DNA of 62,077 nucleotides from Candidatus Nanoarchaeia archaeon (GCA_035288985.1 DATDYP010000025.1:1-62077); one strand, 5' to 3'; positions 47,797 to 56,243 are shown, counted from the stretch's first letter. A program made the numbers and translations. The notes: a model not told the origin generated them from the letters alone.

Positions 47797-48930
47797 ATGC
47801 AATACCAAGTCATTTCCTTTTACAAATATGTAGCAGTACAAAACCCTGAAGAATTACGAGATTCACTTAGAAAATACTGCCAAGACCAGCAAATTCTAGG
47901 AAGGATCCTGGTTGGAAAAGAAGGCATCAATGGAGCCGTTTCCGGAAAAAAAGAACAAATACAACTATTCAAACAATTTCTTAAAGGAAATTCTCTATTT
48001 ACCGGGATGACGTTCCGAGAACAGGACTATCATCAAAATACTTATCACAAATTAGTTATTCGGGTAAGAGATGAAATCTGCGCCTTCGGAGCAGAGGTCA
48101 ATGTAGCCAAGAACAAAGGACAGCATCTTTCACCGCAGAAACTCAAAGGATGGTATGAACAGAACAAAGATTTTGTGATTGTTGATGCGCGAAATGAGCA
48201 TGAGTTTGAAGTTGGCAGATTCAAGAATGCAGTTAATCTTAATATTAAGAATTTTAGAGAATTTCCTGCAACGGTACAAAAATTAGAGGCAATAAAAAAC
48301 AAAAAGATAGTTCTCTACTGCACAGGCGGCATCCGCTGCGAGAAAGCCTCTGCTTACTTGAAAGAGCAAGGATTTCCTGAAGTGTATCAAGTGGAAGGCG
48401 GGATTATAAATTATGTTAATCAATACCCAAACACTTTCTGGGAAGGCGGTTTGTTCGTCTTTGATGACCGCTTAGTTTCTGATGTAGCAAGCCCGATTAC
48501 GTTCTGCAAACATTGCCAGAAAGACTGTGAACAGTACGTAAACTGCCACAATCTAGACTGCGATAAACTTACAATAATGTGTGGTGAATGCCAACATAGG
48601 ATGAATAACACCTGTTCTGAAGAATGTAAGACTGCACCTAGACAAAGAAAAATCAGAAACACAAAAGAAGATAGGAAAGTAATAGGTGTCGTGGAAAACT
48701 ATTATCCTAAATCTAAAGTAGCATTGATTAAAACTATTGAGCCTATTCTTCTCAACACCAACATTTCTTTTTATGGAAAAACGACAGAAAACGTCTTTGA
48801 GAGAATAACTGAAATGAGGGATGATAGTGGCAATGAAATTACTATGGCGGAAGCAGAACAATATATAACTATCCCTATCAAAGAAAAAATTAGAAAGAAT
48901 GATAAAGTTCTTGTAGAGGCGAGGATATGA
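47797..48930 (+). CDS. trhO: Oxygen-dependent tRNA uridine(34) hydroxylase-like rhodanese protein with extra C-terminal beta-barrel
   Basis: ISFYKY, GRILVGKEGINGAVSG, DARNEHEFEVGRF, LYCTGGIRCEKAS, GGIINY, FVFDDR, NCHNLDC. Confidence 0.85.
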   Translation: MQYQVISFYKYVAVQNPEELRDSLRKYCQDQQILGRILVGKEGINGAVSGKKEQIQLFKQFLKGNSLFTGMTFREQDYHQNTYHKLVIRVRDEICAFGAEVNVAKNKGQHLSPQKLKGWYEQNKDFVIVDARNEHEFEVGRFKNAVNLNIKNFREFPATVQKLEAIKNKKIVLYCTGGIRCEKASAYLKEQGFPEVYQVEGGIINYVNQYPNTFWEGGLFVFDDRLVSDVASPITFCKHCQKDCEQYVNCHNLDCDKLTIMCGECQHRMNNTCSEECKTAPRQRKIRNTKEDRKVIGVVENYYPKSKVALIKTIEPILLNTNISFYGKTTENVFERITEMRDDSGNEITMAEAEQYITIPIKEKIRKNDKVLVEARI

Positions 48931-49502
48931 AGAAAAGGCTCATTGGATTAGCAGCCCTGCTCGCTGCTTGTTCACCACAGAAAGAAATCCTAACCCCGCC
49001 AGTAATACCAGAAATAAAATTAGAAGAAAGAACGGCACCTGAAGTTGATCCAGAACCTCTGGAAGAGAAGGAGAAAGTATCACCTCACAACGAATACCGC
49101 AACTTAGGAGAACAATGCGGCCAAATCCAGCTGGAAAGAGGGACGTATCCAGTAAAGAAGGAGGGCTGGGATGCCATATATACGGTACAGACTTGGGATT
49201 CTGGAAAAAATTGCTACCTTGCTCTATCAAACCCAGAGCTTTCGGTTGAAATGAGGGATGACGACTGTGATAATACGATCGATCGCATAGGCGTAGAAGA
49301 ATACCCCCTCGTAGAATACCGTATCGGTCTTCGCGGAGACCGCATCGACCTTAGTCTTGACCGTGCTGCATTATCGAGGCTTGGTTACACAAAGCCTTTT
49401 GACAAGATCCTTGAAGAAGCGCAGCAATTTGCCTGTCCGGAAAACAAAAGACACTTAGAAGAATATCTTTTGAAAAGAGTCCTAGAAATTGGGAATAAAT
49501 AA
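48927..49502 (+). CDS. Putative lipoprotein
   Basis: MKKRLIGLAALLAAC lipobox. Confidence 0.6.
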   Translation: MKKRLIGLAALLAACSPQKEILTPPVIPEIKLEERTAPEVDPEPLEEKEKVSPHNEYRNLGEQCGQIQLERGTYPVKKEGWDAIYTVQTWDSGKNCYLALSNPELSVEMRDDDCDNTIDRIGVEEYPLVEYRIGLRGDRIDLSLDRAALSRLGYTKPFDKILEEAQQFACPENKRHLEEYLLKRVLEIGNK

Positions 49503-49524
49503 AAATAAGAAAATAACTCCTTAC

Positions 49525-49959
49525 CTACGGCAAAAAGCTCAATCCGCCTACAATCGCTCCCATCAACAGCAAGTTCACCAAATCATAGGCTGTATTAAGA
49601 AAGTATAAATTCCAGGACTTACCCTCCCAGAAAACGCTGCCTAAAGATTTAGTAGCTACAAAGCCTAGCCAGATCAAAGCTCCAACAAGTGCACCACCCA
49701 AAGCATTCCATAAAACTGGGGTTGCTCCGGTAATGTCTACAAAATCTTTAACTAGAAAAGCTAAAACAGCCGCTGTCACCAGTGAAGCCACAAAACTCAT
49801 CGAATACGTTTTAGCCATGCCTTTCTGCTTGGCTTTCTCCATATCCTTCTCAGTAAACTTCATCAAAGCCATCCATTTCTTGCCAAATAAAGGCCCATAC
49901 CACAAAAAGCCCAAGGCATGGGATACCACAGCTGCAATTAAAACTTCCAAGTATACCAT
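49525..49959 (-). CDS. DUF1761-like membrane protein
   Basis: LGFLWYGPLFGKKWMAL, four transmembrane segments, FLNTAYDLV. Confidence 0.8.
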   Translation of the reverse strand: MVYLEVLIAAVVSHALGFLWYGPLFGKKWMALMKFTEKDMEKAKQKGMAKTYSMSFVASLVTAAVLAFLVKDFVDITGATPVLWNALGGALVGALIWLGFVATKSLGSVFWEGKSWNLYFLNTAYDLVNLLLMGAIVGGLSFLP

Positions 49960-50074
49960 CTTTTATCACGCTCCAGATATTTTTGATGATAGAGGAAGAG
50001 AAGTGTTATAAGTCTTTCTCTACCAGCCTTCTCTTAGAAAGATTTATAAGTCTGCTTTTTATCACCACTAGAAA

Positions 50075-50683
50075 ATGACGGAAGATTCTCAAGAGGCCAT
50101 AGGACTCGGGACTCGCTTCTCTGACGAGTACAGAAAACACTATAGTAAGATCTACTCCCAGCTGATGCGAAAAACCGGAAACAAGACTGTGGCTGAAGAT
50201 TTAACCCAAGAAACATTCAGGAAGGCATTTGAAAGTCTTAACACCTTCAGAGAGGGAGCTAGTTTTGGCACCTGGCTCTATGGCATAGCCCATAATGTTG
50301 CTCTCGATTATTTCCGAGACAGAAGGATGCAATCAGCATTTTATAATGGAGCTATGGAAGGTCTGCGGCAAAAAGACGGTCATCACAGAAGTTCTGATGA
50401 AAAAAGTCAACGCTGGTTCCTGGGCGGGCTGGAGCAGGTTCTTGCCGTTGTCAGCAGCACTCCTGAACAGGATGCAATAACCTGCGAGGAAGTTGCTGAA
50501 GCACGGAAATATATCATGACAGCTCTTTCTGAAAAGCTGCGACATGCATACTCACTGCATCTTCAAGGATATACTGATCGGGAAATTGCAGAACAGCTTG
50601 GAATGAAAGAACAGGCAGTAACGACACGAATCAGCAGGGCACGACAGCAACTTCGCAACTACCACCAGGAGCAGTCAGCATGA
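50075..50683 (+). CDS. ECF-type sigma-70-family protein
   Basis: Region 2 AEDLTQETFRKAF...SFGTWLYGIAHNVALDYFR; region 4 HTH GYTDREIAEQLGMKEQAVTTRISRARQQLR. Confidence 0.85.
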   Translation: MTEDSQEAIGLGTRFSDEYRKHYSKIYSQLMRKTGNKTVAEDLTQETFRKAFESLNTFREGASFGTWLYGIAHNVALDYFRDRRMQSAFYNGAMEGLRQKDGHHRSSDEKSQRWFLGGLEQVLAVVSSTPEQDAITCEEVAEARKYIMTALSEKLRHAYSLHLQGYTDREIAEQLGMKEQAVTTRISRARQQLRNYHQEQSA

Positions 50684-51228
50684 AACAAACCATCATCGCA
50701 CGTCTTCAACAACTTGAACAGAAATCGATCAAAAGAGGCATACCTATCCTTGGCTCGCAAAAAGGCGCCTGGCTATTGCAGCAAGTGCAAAAACTGAAAC
50801 CAAAACGTATTCTGGAATTAGGAACTGCTAACGGCTATAGTGGCTGCATTCTAGGCAGTGAAGGAGCTGACCTAACAACCGTTGAAATTGATGACAAGAT
50901 CGCTGAAGAAGCAGTTGTGAATTTTGCTGCCTTTGATATCAAAGCGAACATCATCCTTGGCGATGGCGTGGAAATCGTAGGTGATCTGGCCAGGCAAAAA
51001 AAAGAGTATTATGATCTCATTTTTATTGACTTCTCAAAAAAGAATTATATCAAAGTCCTGGAACAGTGCATCAAACTGGTTCGACAAGACGGCTTGATCA
51101 TCGCTGACAATATCAGTTTTGAAAACTGCCAAGATTTCAAAGAAGCAGTGCTTGCACATCCAAAGCTGGAAACAGAAATCATCAGCATCAAAGACGGGCT
51201 GAGCTGCAGCCGAAAGAGAGAGGTATGA
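50680..51228 (+). CDS. Class I O-methyltransferase (TrmR/YrrM-like)
   Basis: GIPIL, KRILELGTANGYSG, DLIFID, GLIIADN. Confidence 0.8.
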   Translation: MKQTIIARLQQLEQKSIKRGIPILGSQKGAWLLQQVQKLKPKRILELGTANGYSGCILGSEGADLTTVEIDDKIAEEAVVNFAAFDIKANIILGDGVEIVGDLARQKKEYYDLIFIDFSKKNYIKVLEQCIKLVRQDGLIIADNISFENCQDFKEAVLAHPKLETEIISIKDGLSCSRKREV

Positions 51229-51923
51229 ATAAGAATACAATAAGCATGCTGGTTTTTCTTGCAGGATGCGCAGAAACACCCCTTCCTACCCCACCAACAC
51301 CGGAAGTCATCATTCCTGAACGTATTGTCACTAATAAAGATTTAAAGCAGGAACCTACAGACGTTCTTGCACAACAGATCTTCCATGATCTTGAGCATTT
51401 GACAACAGGTGACGAAGCGGGAGTACGACTGATCAAACATTATAATGTTGATACAGAAAAGTGGGAAGAAAAACCAGTCTATCAACTGCAAAGATCAGCG
51501 GTGAAGCTCCCTTCTTATCACTCAGATATCATCGTTTCAGTAAGGGATGTTTATCACGACGGAACAACAGACTTAGAAATCAGAAGAGTTGCTAAAAAGG
51601 AGATCAGAGTCTACCGCGATCTTCCGCCATTCGGCACCCTGGATTCATATGAAGAATGCCGCCGAAGACCGTATCATGTCGTGGTTTGTGTCGGCCAATC
51701 CTGTTCGGGAAGTGATAAAACAGAATACTTCGCCTGCAACGGCAAGGAAATCAGCCCAAAAGTGAAAGAAGCCTTCAACACCCTGGTTGCCCGCGTCCAT
51801 AACAGCCTGAATGAAGCAACTCCTCTGGATAAGCAGGATTATCATTACATGGAACTGGAGTTTATCTTAGAAAGGAGTGAGGCGGTAATTAATCTTGCTG
51901 GAACCAAGAGTCCGTATAAGTGA
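51225..51923 (+). CDS. Putative lipoprotein
   Basis: MNKNTISMLVFLAGC lipobox followed by a Pro-rich linker. Confidence 0.6.
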   Translation: MNKNTISMLVFLAGCAETPLPTPPTPEVIIPERIVTNKDLKQEPTDVLAQQIFHDLEHLTTGDEAGVRLIKHYNVDTEKWEEKPVYQLQRSAVKLPSYHSDIIVSVRDVYHDGTTDLEIRRVAKKEIRVYRDLPPFGTLDSYEECRRRPYHVVVCVGQSCSGSDKTEYFACNGKEISPKVKEAFNTLVARVHNSLNEATPLDKQDYHYMELEFILERSEAVINLAGTKSPYK

Positions 51924-51964
51924 CTGGATCGTAGACATCAGGAATAAAGACAAAAATTGGGCTG

Positions 51965-52933
51965 TTAAAGATATTGATAATAGACTTCAAAGAATTTTCG
52001 ATACGTTTCTTTTGCTTTTTCTATTCCGAATCTTAGTAAAGGGATATAACGATCTGTGTCTGCTGATTGTAAGGCTTTGATATATTTATTACGATGAGTA
52101 TTCCTGATAATGATAGGATAATATCCTTTTCTGATCAAGATGTGATTTAAGAGCATTCTACCCACTCTTCCATTTCCATCTGCAAAAGGATGAATCTGCT
52201 CAAATTTATGATGAAACCTAAATGCCAATTCTAAAGGATAAACCTTATTTTCCGTTTCCCAGTACCATTTTAAAAGATTCTTAATCTCCCGAGAAACATT
52301 CTCTGGAGCAGTTAATGTAATAGCTCTGCCTAAAATAATATTCGGCAATTTTTTATAGCCAACGCGCTCATCAACGTTTTTCATAAGCTTCTTATGCAGT
52401 TCAATAATAAATTCTTCCGTTATTTCCTTCTTCGAGTCAAATAACTTTGAAAAAATTTCATAAGAATTTTTGGCATCATAAACTTCTCTCAGATCAGCAG
52501 AAGCGACTATTTTATTCTCAAAAACAATTTCAGAAAAGTTCTTTAGAGTGAGGGAATTGCCCTCCAAGGCGTTTGATTCAAACACGAAATTAGCCACGAA
52601 TCTTTTTTTAACGTCTTCCCAATCTTTTTTATTCAATGCTCTTCGAATTTCTTTATATTTTAGGTTCATTTCTTCGATCTTTTTTATTTCTTCAATAGTA
52701 AGGGGGAAGTCCAAAGAATACTTTTTTTTAGCGTCTGCTACTAAAAAGGAAACAATTTTTTTATCTAGTTCTAAGGCAAATTTTTTCTTTTCTTTCTCAA
52801 TTTGTTCTGGAGATATTCCTGATTTTTTCCCCAAGAACTTGCTGATTTTGTGCACTTTCTTTCCGATCCGGATAGATTTATCTAAGTAAAGGTAAACCTC
52901 TCCCTTTGCCTTTCGTTTCTGGATAAAGACCAT
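51965..52933 (-). CDS. Fic-domain protein
   Basis: Catalytic HPFADGNGRVGR and inhibitory-helix-like ESNALEGN. Confidence 0.92.
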   Translation of the reverse strand: MVFIQKRKAKGEVYLYLDKSIRIGKKVHKISKFLGKKSGISPEQIEKEKKKFALELDKKIVSFLVADAKKKYSLDFPLTIEEIKKIEEMNLKYKEIRRALNKKDWEDVKKRFVANFVFESNALEGNSLTLKNFSEIVFENKIVASADLREVYDAKNSYEIFSKLFDSKKEITEEFIIELHKKLMKNVDERVGYKKLPNIILGRAITLTAPENVSREIKNLLKWYWETENKVYPLELAFRFHHKFEQIHPFADGNGRVGRMLLNHILIRKGYYPIIIRNTHRNKYIKALQSADTDRYIPLLRFGIEKAKETYRKFFEVYYQYL

Positions 52934-52940
52934 ACCAGCA

Positions 52941-52986
52941 GTTATACCTACATATATTTAAATCCTTCGTTTATTGTAGGTATAAC
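52941..52986. promoter_or_regulatory. Inverted-repeat operator candidate flanking the Fic gene TATA box
   Basis: GTTATACCTACA (52941-52952)/TGTAGGTATAAC (52975-52986) around ATATTTAAAT. Confidence 0.55.
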
Positions 52987-53002
52987 CAGGTGCTGCAAGA
53001 CT

Positions 53003-53096
53003 TATACTAAAGGATTGAAATTTTCGAACAAAATTTCCCTCCTTTATATATACAAAGGGCTTAAATTTTCTTCGAAAATTTATGTCCTTTGGTATA
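53003..53096. repeat. Long imperfect hairpin
   Basis: AAATTTTCGAA (53018-53028)/TTCGAAAATTT (53071-53081) plus outer TATAC/GTATA and inner CCTTT/AAAGG. Confidence 0.7.
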
Positions 53097-53171
53097 TTAC
53101 AAAAATGTCATACCTACTACATTAATGCAACACTTTTCTTTTTCCATCTGCAATAAACACCATAATACACC

Positions 53172-53323
53172 GGCTCTGTAGAAAGCCTTAAAAAAGTCGC
53201 CTTGGCCGCTCGGTTCGTGCTTCTAAATAAGTATCTTCTCGCAGGAAGCACCAATAATATCTGCAAGCAGTGGATGCTCTCACTTCGCCTTAAGGCCCAG
53301 GCGGCGACTTTTTCTACAGAGCC
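53172..53323. mobile_element. MITE-like element, 152 bp
   Basis: Perfect 13-bp terminal inverted repeat GGCTCTGTAGAAA/TTTCTACAGAGCC; 9-bp direct repeat TAATACACC (53163-53171, 53324-53332); internal AAAAGTCGCC/GGCGACTTTT stem. Confidence 0.75.
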
Positions 53324-53330
53324 TAATACA

Positions 53331-53350
53331 CCACAATCTTTAAATATAAT
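53331..53350 (+). promoter_or_regulatory. BRE/TATA promoter of the aro leader and operon
   Basis: CCACAATC-TTTAAATA with an ATG 30 nt after the box start. Confidence 0.7.
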
Positions 53351-53368
53351 TCTGCATTTCACATCCAA

Positions 53369-53422
53369 ATGGTCCACAGCAGCAGGAAGAACTGGACTGC
53401 TTTTCTCTACTATTTTTATTAG
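53369..53422 (+). CDS. Aromatic-rich leader peptide MVHSSRKNWTAFLYYFY (candidate attenuator)
   Basis: Six of the last nine sense codons are Trp/Phe/Tyr; directly upstream of DAHP synthase-tyrA-pheA; overlaps a long RNA stem. Confidence 0.75.
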   Translation: MVHSSRKNWTAFLYYFY

Positions 53423-53493
53423 TTTTGGGTTCGTCAGACATTACGGATCCTGAAAAAAGGAAATAGAGAAAAAGCTATACTGAAACAGCGAGG

Positions 53494-54384
53494 ATGAAAA
53501 TGAGACAGGAAGCCAAACTTGCAAAAACCATACCAACAGGAAAGGAATACTGGCTTGTAGCCAGGGAAAGCAGGGACGAGTTCAGAAACAACTTAGACAC
53601 GGTCTCATTCACGATCGGCAATGTAACCGTATCACAGCACAGACCGCTGATCATTGCCGGGCCTTGTGCAGTACATTCACGAGAACAGACTCTTGCCATT
53701 GCCCAACACGTTAAAGAAGCTGGCGCAGACATGCTGCGCGGAGGAGCCTATAAGCCCAGAACATCTCCTTATGCTTTCCAAGGCTTAGAAGAAGAGGGAC
53801 TGAAAATACTTGCGGAAGCACGGGAGCTAACCGGACTACCTATCGTTACAGAAGTTATGGACCCGCGTTTAGTCGAGTTAGTCGGCCAGTACACCGATGT
53901 GCTGCAGATCGGCGCGCGAAACATGCAGAATTTTCCACTCCTGCGGGAAGTAGGAAAATATGCCGCACAACATCAAAAGGGAATATTGCTAAAAACAGGA
54001 TTGATGCCTAAGCTAAAGGAAGTCCTCTGCGCAGCAGAATATCTCGCTCATGAAGGGGCAGAAAAAATCATCATCTGTGAACGAGGCATTTCCCTAACTA
54101 CTGGCGATACGAGAAACACGCCCCACCCCAGTTTTGTACGCGAACTGCGGCAGGCGACCTTCCTTCCTGTCATCGGTGATCCCAGCCATTCTACGGGAGA
54201 TCGGGAATTGGTGGAACATACTTCAGACATGTATCTGGCAGCCAAAGCAAATGGACTGTTAATTGACGTCATCCGCGATGATGAGCCTGATGTCATTAAC
54301 GGGCATCCGGTCTGTGACTATAAACAGGGATTGCCTGCCAGCCGGTTTAAAGCATACCTCAACTCGCTCAGGAAAGAGAAATAA
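53494..54384 (+). CDS. aroF: DAHP synthase, class I-beta, without a full N-terminal ACT domain
   Basis: IIAGPC, RGGAYKPRTSP, QIGARNMQN, CERGI, DPSHSTG; GAGG upstream suggests a start at 53500. Confidence 0.9.
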   Translation: MKMRQEAKLAKTIPTGKEYWLVARESRDEFRNNLDTVSFTIGNVTVSQHRPLIIAGPCAVHSREQTLAIAQHVKEAGADMLRGGAYKPRTSPYAFQGLEEEGLKILAEARELTGLPIVTEVMDPRLVELVGQYTDVLQIGARNMQNFPLLREVGKYAAQHQKGILLKTGLMPKLKEVLCAAEYLAHEGAEKIIICERGISLTTGDTRNTPHPSFVRELRQATFLPVIGDPSHSTGDRELVEHTSDMYLAAKANGLLIDVIRDDEPDVINGHPVCDYKQGLPASRFKAYLNSLRKEK

Positions 54385-54385
54385 A

Positions 54386-55429
54386 ATGAGTCTAGAAAAA
54401 ATCAGAACAGAACTTGATGCGATAGATAAGTCAATCCTGGAATTGCTGGCAAAACGCTTTTCTTTCTGCAAAGACGTCAGCGATTACAAAAAAAAGAACA
54501 AGCTTAAAGTGAAAGATTCTACAAGAGAGGAGGAGATCATCAACGACAGGATCAAAATCTTCTCCGAGCTAGGATATGATGAACCAGAGTTTATTACTGC
54601 ATTATTTACCTTAATTTTAGAAAAGTCACGGGAAAAGATCGCAACCTACTCCTCGGAATCAGAACCAGAACGTAAGGGAAAGAAAAAAACAATCTCCATC
54701 ATCGGAGGAGGGGGAAAGATGGGCTCTTTATTTGCAGAAGAGTTCAGGAAACACGGGCATACTGTGCTTATCTCCAACAAAGAAAAGACCAATTCGGTTG
54801 AACTGGCACAGAAAGGCGATCTTGTTATTGTTACAGTTCCTTTGGAGAAGACAGAAAAAGTTCTAACAGAGATCATCCCGCATCTCCGAAAAGAAGCCTT
54901 GCTGACTGATTTTACATCAATAAAAGAACGACCTTTAGAGATTATGAAAACGGCTGCATCAAATGTGGTGGGAGGACATCCCTTGTTCGGTCCAACGACA
55001 AGCTTTGAAGATAAATGTTTCATCCTCTGTCCTGGGAAAGGTGATTTTAGCTGGTATAAACAATTGCTGCAATCCCTAAACCTTACTGTCATCGAACTCT
55101 CTGCTGAAGAGCACGACAAAACCATGGCCGTGATCCAAAGCTTAACTCATTTCTCCAATCTTGCCTTAGCCTCTACGCTGCAGAAGCTTGGATTTAAAAA
55201 AACGTTTTCCACACCCACCTATGCATTAAAAATGGAATCTATCCAAAAAATGTTCTCCCAGGATGCAGAGCTGTTCGCAGAGATCCAGTTTGCAAATGCA
55301 CATTCGCAAGAAACTATCATCAGCTACCTTGCTGCGGTGCACGAACTGCATCAATGCCTCCTCTCAGGCAACAAAGAGGAGTTTGAACGTCTCTTCGAAA
55401 GCACAAAACAGCATCTACAAAAAAAGTAA
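54386..55429 (+). CDS. tyrA: Chorismate mutase / prephenate dehydrogenase fusion
   Basis: LEKIRTELDAIDKSILELLAKR (chorismate mutase), IIGGGGKMG, DFTSIK, GGHPLFGP, HDKTMAVIQSLTH; start reassigned to 54386. Confidence 0.9.
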   Translation: MSLEKIRTELDAIDKSILELLAKRFSFCKDVSDYKKKNKLKVKDSTREEEIINDRIKIFSELGYDEPEFITALFTLILEKSREKIATYSSESEPERKGKKKTISIIGGGGKMGSLFAEEFRKHGHTVLISNKEKTNSVELAQKGDLVIVTVPLEKTEKVLTEIIPHLRKEALLTDFTSIKERPLEIMKTAASNVVGGHPLFGPTTSFEDKCFILCPGKGDFSWYKQLLQSLNLTVIELSAEEHDKTMAVIQSLTHFSNLALASTLQKLGFKKTFSTPTYALKMESIQKMFSQDAELFAEIQFANAHSQETIISYLAAVHELHQCLLSGNKEEFERLFESTKQHLQKK

Positions 55430-55439
55430 CCAGACCAAG

Positions 55440-56243
55440 ATGATCAAGACCATCGCCATCCTCGGGCCAGAATACAGTTTCTCCCATCTAGCAGGCCTGA
55501 AACTATTTCCGGAAGGGAAATTTTTGTTCTGTAACAGGATAGAAGACATCTTCAAGACCATAACGAGAGCAGATACAACTGCAGATGAAACACTTGGGAT
55601 GGTCCCTTTAGAAAATATGCTGCAGGGAACGGTGCGGGAAACGCTGATGTCCCTGCTAAACTATCAAGTCAAGATCCACAAAAGCTGCAGTGTTCCTATC
55701 CATCATTGCCTGGCTGCTAAAAGTGTGGGATTTACAACTATTGCTTCACATGCACAGGCGCTGGCACAATGCGCGCGCTTTCTGGAAGGAAAGAAAACTG
55801 TCGAACAGGTCAGTACCTCAAAAGCGATGCAGGCAGCAACAGAAGACAATACCCTGGCTGCCATCGGCTCCAGAGAAGCAGCACAATATTACGGACTAAC
55901 AGTGCTGCAGGACAATATCGAAGACAATCATGATAATGTGACACGATTTGTGGTCATTTCTGCTGAACCATGCCCGGATAAGGGTGCAAGAACCAGCCTG
56001 ATGGTGCATCCTAAAGAAGACCGTCCTGGACTATTGTTCACGATCCTAGCGCCCTTTGCGACACAGGGAATTAACTTAACCAAGATCGAGTCCCTGCCTT
56101 CAGGAAAAAAACTTGGTGAGTATATTTTTTATATTGAGATCGCTGGAAATAGTAGTGAGCTAAAAGTGAAATCGGCTATTGATTTTCTCAAAAACAGCGC
56201 GGAAGTCTATTCTTTTGGGTCGTATGATGTGGTGGAGATGTGA
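55440..56243 (+). CDS. pheA: Prephenate dehydratase
   Basis: ILGPEYSFS, VPLENMLQG, SHAQALAQC, NVTRF, C-terminal ACT NLTKIESLP; start reassigned to 55440. Confidence 0.9.
   Translation: MIKTIAILGPEYSFSHLAGLKLFPEGKFLFCNRIEDIFKTITRADTTADETLGMVPLENMLQGTVRETLMSLLNYQVKIHKSCSVPIHHCLAAKSVGFTTIASHAQALAQCARFLEGKKTVEQVSTSKAMQAATEDNTLAAIGSREAAQYYGLTVLQDNIEDNHDNVTRFVVISAEPCPDKGARTSLMVHPKEDRPGLLFTILAPFATQGINLTKIESLPSGKKLGEYIFYIEIAGNSSELKVKSAIDFLKNSAEVYSFGSYDVVEM

Noticed and set aside
51895-52080. 61-aa ORF overlapping the Fic gene end
   Set aside because: Mostly antisense to Fic; no supporting motif
54263-56243. Triple chorismate mutase-prephenate dehydrogenase-dehydratase fusion or programmed frameshift, suggested by the overlapping long ORFs
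   Set aside because: tyrA stops cleanly at 55429 and pheA has its own ATG at 55440; the overlap comes from the caller extending to upstream start codons
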